64,000 nt of DNA from Amoebidium appalachense (taxonomy: Eukaryota; Protista; Ichthyosporea): the NCBI GenBank assembly GCA_963693365.1, contig CAVNZM010000007.1, positions 7,623,962-7,687,961 on the forward strand. Direction: 5' to 3'. The notes below the pieces were generated by a model. It did not search any database. It saw nothing but the letters and a program-made list of their open reading frames with translations, and was not told the origin of the DNA. A program made the translations under genes and the position numbers. Position 1 is the first letter of the stretch; each line of letters begins with the position of its first letter. This document shows, in pieces, positions 57,930 to 64,000 of the stretch.

Positions 57930-59893
57930 TGAATGCGGAACACGGTACGAAGTACGCATACACGAAGGACACATGCAAAGGCAAACATTCAAGTATGCAA
58001 CATCAGCCATGGGCACAGTATGCGTCATAAGCAGAGCCCATCCTCAGGGAGAACCCAAGTCATCAATTGCGTCTGAGTTTCGACCCCTTAGCCCGCGTAT
58101 ATACGAATCTCCAACTCAGACAGCAGCATGGGGGAAGGGGGGAGGGCAGGGAGGGGGGGGGCCAAAACCAACCTGGACCATGCCGTTATAGCACTGCTCT
58201 TTGATTTCCTCGAACTTGGCCTCAGCAAGGCGGAAATCATCCTCAGCCTAGCAGAGAAATAAACGAGGTGTGAGTGGTCATTGTTGCTGGTGGAATGGAA
58301 AATGCATGGGGTTATGGAGTAAAGATAAAAAGGAAATTTGCATGTGGGTATGGATTATAACGTTAGTAAACCAGCTAATAGAAAATGAAAATGGGTGGGA
58401 TCTGGTATACGTTTACACACAGACATAGCGGGTGGCTACATGCAGAGAAGACAGATCTAGAGAGGCACAGGTGCCAAGAAGAAGCAGGCGTTTGGAGGGG
58501 AGGGGGGAGGGGGTGCATGGGGGGATTACAGGGGAGGTCGGGGGGAGAGGAAGCGGAGGGGGTATATTGGTAGGGAGATTTGGGGGGGCGGGGAAAGGGG
58601 GGGGGGGGGGGGGAGGGGGGAGGGGGAGAAGGGGGGAAGGGAGCCGGGGGGGGGGAATGGGGGGGTTTGAATGTGCACGGTACGAAGTACGGGCTAGTGC
58701 ATGAGACGGCACAAAACAAATAATAAAAAGGAAAGAAAACATTAATGAAGCAGTAATCAGACCTCTTACTGACTAAGCAAGTGCACCAGCCACTAGCCAA
58801 AAGGGGGAAGGGGGTAGGGGTGGGGGTGTTGGGGTGTTGGGGTGTTTGGGCGGGGGGGGGGGGGGAGGGGGGGGAGGAGGGGGGAGGGCTTGGAATTACG
58901 GTGTACGATGTTCACAATTACAGCAACAACACAATGCATATTGTGCAAAGCAAACACTAGGAGAATGGTTTTCGAGTAGAGGAGGCGAAGGAGGAGAGGG
59001 GGAGAGGAAGGGAACGGGAGGGGCGGGGGGGGGGGGGGGGGGGGGGAGGGAGGGGGGGGGGGGAGGGTAGAGATAAGGAAGGTGTTTGTGTAAGGGAGTG
59101 GTGCTCTTTGGTAGAACACCAACACCTCGCAAAACCTCCGTAAGCGTGTCTGCAAAGGGGTGGGGTGGGGTGGGACGGGGAGGGGGGGGGGGGGGGGGGG
59201 GGAGGGGGGGGGTTGGGGGAGGAGGGATTAAGAGACGTGTATGAAAAGTGCGCCGGAATGGCAAGCAGGGGGAGAGGAAGGGGGGGGGGGGGAGGGGGGG
59301 GGGGGTTTGAATGCGTCAAAAAGTACGAAGTACACAAGAACAAACGGATAACACGATGCAGAATGCAAGCCATACATAAAGAGTATGCATAATAAGCAGA
59401 GCCCATCCTCAGGGGGGGCCCACGTCATCCACAGTACCCGAGTTTCGACCTATTCCGGGGGGGGGGAGGGGCGCAGAAGGCAGCGTACCGTGCGGCGTAC
59501 GAAGGTAAAGAACGAAAAACAGGTGCAGGACATAGAGCAACGTGCACAAAATACTATGTCAGCATGAGCACGTGGTCACAGGAAAACTCGAAGACGGGAT
59601 GAAAAGGTGGTGATTTTCGAGATGTGGGTGGGAAGGAGGGGGGGAGGGGGGGGGGGGGGGAGGGGAGGGGAGGGGGGAGGGGGAGGGAGGGGGAAGACTC
59701 CTAAGGCGGGAGGGAAAAGGAGGGAAAGGGGGACGGGAGGAGGGGGAGAAGGGGAAGGGGTTCCCTTCGCCAACAGGATGTTGAAGAGCCACCCGTTATC
59801 TGTTGGCTTTTCGTGTGCTTGTGTGTGACAGAGCCTGTGTGTGCATGTGGATGGCAAATGTGTCCATGTGTGCTTATTCTTCCGTGTTCGCAG

Positions 59894-59939
<46 letters not shown>

Positions 59940-60699
59940 GTGTGTGCTTCCCATGGGGGGAGGGAGAGGGAGGAAGGGAGGAAAGGGAGGGGGGGAAGGG
60001 CAGGGGGGAGGGGGGGGGGGGAGGGAGGGGGGAGAAAGAAAGCCAGGGCAGAAGAGGGCTTCAAAGGCAAGGCTGAGATGTAAATCAAAAACGTCGTTCT
60101 AGATTTTACTGGTAGAAGAAGCAGCTAGCATAAGTGTAGCACATAGGCCGGCATCTGGACGGGACGGGAAAAAGAAACAACGAGCGAGCACCTACCCTTG
60201 GATCGTTTGTTTTCTTCTCCCACGCCCGCCTCTTTGCATCATAGTCCAGCCGCCTGGACTCCAGCTTTTTCCTGTTCGACATGACATCCTTTATCTCCCT
60301 GTCGCGTGTATCATTCATAGGCTTGACCACAGATCCAATCACAAGTGAATCGAAATTCATTCGCGCCTCTGCAATGTCCTTCTCTGCTTGTCCCACCATA
60401 GCAAGAACCTCAGAGAGACTGGACTCTGGGAGGCCGGCAGCGCCTTTGAGCAAAACCTCGGAAACGGCATCTTCTGGTTGCTCGTAGCGTTTTCCTGAGT
60501 GCAGTTTGGACCTAACACTAGGGTTGGGTTGGAGCAATTCCTCCGTAACCCTCGTGAGGTTCTTTAGGAGGTCATCAGTTGCATCCGTACGCTTTTCAAG
60601 ATCGACAAACTCTTCGTCAAGTTTGGTGGCGTTAAACGCGTTGAGTTTCTCGCCGGTCCACTGACCGACCTTGTCTGTTAGCTTTGAAACTTTCTTCAT
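54177..60699 (-). CDS. Endophilin-family protein (N-BAR + C-terminal SH3)
   Basis: Exons 60699-60196 (TKLDEEFVDLEKRTD, LLQPNPSVR, RKKLESRRLDYD), 58247-58173 (AEAKFEE), 56413-56118 (LVQAQLEFHR) and 54384-54177 (YDFVAENPNELELRKGD...WMQG...GIFPSNFV*). Confidence 0.92.
54821..55119 (-). mobile_element. ~300-bp 5'-truncated copy of the PLE-associated repeat
   Basis: Matches 13068-13367 with few substitutions; same (C)n-abutting 3' end. Confidence 0.9.
56875..57000 (-). mobile_element. Diverged 3'-end fragment of a related repeat subfamily
   Basis: Shares cacatgcaaaggcaaacatt with the 57927 copy and has ggcagaacccatcc; G-tract on each side. Confidence 0.65.
57927..58128 (-). mobile_element. Diverged subfamily 3' end retaining the conserved terminal RNA motif
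   Basis: gtttgaatgcg...gtacgaagtac...taagcagagcccatcctcaggg...gagtttcgacc...caactcaga are conserved relative to the 13068 copy while the spacers differ. Confidence 0.8.
59305..59456 (-). mobile_element. ~150-bp 5'-truncated copy of the PLE-associated repeat
   Basis: Near-identical to 13068-13219; G-tract on each side. Confidence 0.9.
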
Positions 60700-61499
60700 T
60701 TTCCCTCTTTGATGTAGCCCTTTCTAAACTAAGTTTGTATATGTTTCTTAGAGACGTCGACTTGCATACTGTCAAGTTTCTGCCAGCCGACGTTGCCTTC
60801 GCTCAGTGTGGGAGAAATTTTATTTACGAGGGTTGACCCAATAACACCACGGTCAGACGGCGGTGATTCATCCTAATTTGGATTGGTTCGTTCATTTTTG
60901 TTGTTCATTTAGGCGTTCCTATTGGTAGAAAACCCGCACGACGAAACACCGGGCTGAACAGTTGGGCTGTTCATTGACGTTAGCTGAAGGGAAAGGGGCT
61001 GGTGGCAGTTATTCTTTAAGCCCGTTTCTGTGTGTGTCCATTCATCTGACGTAGGCTTGAAAGGACAGCAAGGGCCGGCCGCGGAGGCGACAAGGGGATC
61101 GAGGGGTTGGCGGAGGCGAGGGAGGAGTAGAAGGGGTCTTCGCGATTGGAGATCCCGAAGGAAAGTTGCCATTGAAATATGTCGGAAGAGGGGGATGGAG
61201 TCACGGAGGGAGAGAGGGCCTTAAGGCCTCAGTAAGGGGTGGATTAGCAGGCCTGAGAGTAAAGGGATTGATGTATGGAGGAGCCTTTGACTGATGTGAC
61301 AAAAACACAGAGGGAGTGCAAGATCTAGCGAGCGAGCGAGCGAGATCTAGATGGAGGGAGAGGGAGAGAGAGGGGGGGGGAGGGGGGGGAGGGGGGGGAG
61401 GGGAGAGAGAGAGGGGAAGGGGGAGAGCCTCGTAGAGAGAGAGAGAGATCTGGAAGGGGGAGAGCCTCGGAGAGAGAGGGGAGGTTGAGAGAGAGGGGA

Positions 61500-61545
<46 letters not shown>

Positions 61546-61618
61546 AGAGAGAGAGAGGAGGGAGGGGGGAGAGGGGGGAGGGGGGAAGGTCTGGGGGAGG
61601 GGGGAGGACAGAGGGGGG

Positions 61619-61683
<65 letters not shown>

Positions 61684-62305
61684 CAAGGTATTCTTCTTTT
61701 GTGTGCACGTGAGTGGTGTTCTTGCATGTGCATGCAGGGGTGTGTGCATGTGCAGGGGGGGGGAGGGGCCCGGGAAGACCATCAGTTGAAAATCAGTTAG
61801 ATTATTATACCCTGTACCTATATAGAAATGGTTAAGTTTTGCTTTCCACGTGATATTTATAGCAACCGCCTTAATCTTGTCACCCAGCCATAGTTCAGAA
61901 TGTTTTATGCTGTTTGATCGAGGCACACGAGCACGTCAGTATCAGGTATAATTTTCAGAAGCATATCAAGAAAATACAAAATGTGAAAAAGTTCAAAGGC
62001 AAAACTAAGGTATCATATAATCAGTTTTAAGTCTACGTGTGTCGCATGACACAAGGTTTTACAAAAAGTGTTCACTTACTGTAATAAGAATTAATACACG
62101 TGCAGTTACAATGCACATTTACCAACAAGATGGCAGTTACAACGCACATTTACCAACAACATGGTAACCTACACTCAAATCCTCCAACCTTTCCCTCACC
62201 TTCCTCCCCTGCCCGGTTGATCGCTCCCTATATATTTCCTGCTGGTGCCTACCACTAGTGCATAGTTTAACACCTACTAGACACCACAACACATCTTTCT
62301 GGCTC

Positions 62306-63295
62306 CTATTCGTTCAAGGTCCACTTATTAGCTCTCTCCTTCTCCACCAGGATGTCTAGCGGGGAAGCACTACCCAGTAACTTATTGAGTTGGAGCTCTT
62401 TCTCAGCAAGCTCTCTTTTCAATTCGTTATAGCGGCTGATGTCAACCCCCCGCTTCCTTGCCTGCTTGTGCAGAGTCTGTATGAACTTTCTCTCTGCCAT
62501 CGTCCGGTATTCAAGGTCCTTTTGTGTGATCACAAACATCCAGTAGGCACCAATGGTGTTTGCATAGGTAACAAAGTAGGTCAATGGCTCCACAATGTCC
62601 CATGAGTACTCCCAGTATGTCATTCGGAAAAGGATGCCAAACTGGACGCCCATCAATCCCAAACCACCCCAAATCAGGCGGTTTGTGTGCTTTTCCGCCC
62701 GCTTGGAAGCTGCCGAAACCATGTCTTCCATCGGCTCGAGCTCCCTCCTCAACTCCACAACTTTCGTTTTGAGATCGCTTGCCTTTTCTGCTGCCGCCCG
62801 CTCAACATCCAGAACTGTATACAGCTGCTTGAGCAGGTCGCGTGCGTATTCCACGTTGCTGATTCCAAGATCGTGCGTAATTTTGGACTGAGAACATGTG
62901 GAGGGATTGACTGTGAAGCGCTGTGAACCGATGTGCAAATCAAATGTGGCACCCACAAGGCAGGACATATCCGTCGAACCGGCGACCTCAACATCGTCTA
63001 CCGTTGCTTTTGCCTCCGCTCCTGTTTCCGTCTCAACTGATTTGATAAAGTGCGACACATTATCGTTTGGCGAAACGACAAACATTCGCTTGGCCTCTCC
63101 ACCTACAGGGAGAATTAATCGAGGAGATTCCCCGGCGGGTGTTTCGTGCCATGTTATTGTTTCGTGTTTGCTACTGTAGTGTCTTCTGAATAGGTGACAG
63201 GGGAGAAATCGTGCTGCTGTTTGTGTTGTGATAGTTGTTGGCTTTAGGAGTCTGAGAGCGCGTGCCCCATGTCCCAACAAATGTGGTCTAAACAT
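62306..63295 (-). CDS. MCU: Mitochondrial calcium uniporter, intronless CDS
   Basis: Arg-rich presequence (MFRPHLLGHGARALRLL), coiled coil, TM1 (LIWGGLGLMGVQFGILFRMTYWEYS), selectivity filter WDIVEP, TM2, C-terminal YNELK coiled coil. Confidence 0.95.
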   Translation of the reverse strand: MFRPHLLGHGARALRLLKPTTITTQTAARFLPCHLFRRHYSSKHETITWHETPAGESPRLILPVGGEAKRMFVVSPNDNVSHFIKSVETETGAEAKATVDDVEVAGSTDMSCLVGATFDLHIGSQRFTVNPSTCSQSKITHDLGISNVEYARDLLKQLYTVLDVERAAAEKASDLKTKVVELRRELEPMEDMVSAASKRAEKHTNRLIWGGLGLMGVQFGILFRMTYWEYSWDIVEPLTYFVTYANTIGAYWMFVITQKDLEYRTMAERKFIQTLHKQARKRGVDISRYNELKRELAEKELQLNKLLGSASPLDILVEKERANKWTLNE

Positions 63296-64000
63296 CTTTG
63301 TGGCTGCGTGTAGTTTCACTGCCGAAAAACTGGATCATAGAGACGGGACAGGCTAATATATCTTTCAGTGCTATGTATGAGTGTAACTACTACAGGTTGA
63401 CTCCATGGAAGCACAGCAAGTGTACGAAGGAAGGTGTTTAAGACAACTTGTGCAAATCGAGTATAAGAGTATAAGATTGATGTGAACCCACTGCTAGATT
63501 ACAGAAAATATCTCATATACGCTATTTACCAGCCATACGCCATCACCTCTTCCGGTACCATGCTACTCCTCAAACACAGCTATCCCAGCCCAACGCCTGC
63601 CGCTTTACGAGAGGGAAGTTTTTCCGAACGGTTTTTTTTGAAGTCGGCCGAAGCCTTCAAGCAAACTGCTTGGCGAAATTCCTGTCCCAGCTGCCAGGGT
63701 CGGAGATCCGGGTCGAACCGTTGCTGACCAGCTGACTGATATCGGGTCGGGTTGTACTACAACAAACGCTCAGTGTTTTGTTTGACTTGCCGGTAAAAGC
63801 GGCAATAAGACTCAGTAAGAGGTTTAGAGCTTTTTCATTGGATCAATAAGCTTTTAAAAAGACCTCAGTTGCGTTTGATGCGTCATCGTTTTTGCCTTAT
63901 TCTTGCAGTGTCTAAATAGCGTACATGACATTATTCCATGTTGGTTCATCCGGCAAAATGCATATGTGAGTGCTGCTTGCACTTTGTTTCCAGTTTGCCT

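Overview
Eukaryotic genomic DNA, probably a unicellular opisthokont or holozoan (inferred from the animal-like MCU, endophilin and E2F/CCAAT promoter). Introns are filled with (C/G)n, (A/T)n, (CA/TG)n and (CT/AG)n tracts, so most ORF-track entries are low-complexity artefacts. Manual splice-aware reading supports six genes: SMC6 (minus strand, about 26 exons, 3' end outside the window), a divergent orphan gene with a mitochondrial-type leader, a GT61-family glycosyltransferase, an intronless NimA/Pyridox_ox_2 flavin-binding protein, an endophilin (N-BAR + SH3) and an intronless MCU. The standout is a Penelope-like retroelement with permuted domains (N-terminal GIY-YIG, CxC linker, RT; Chlamys/Naiad type) inside an SMC6 intron. 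Directly downstream lies a ~1.75 kb non-coding, modularly folded RNA that ends in (C)n. This RNA recurs in the window as near-identical 5'-truncated copies and as diverged relatives sharing a covarying 3'-terminal structure. Also seen: a TTAA-flanked Kolobok-like MITE and several long direct repeats flanking pure simple-repeat inserts at exon edges. All coordinates and folds were read by eye and need computational confirmation.
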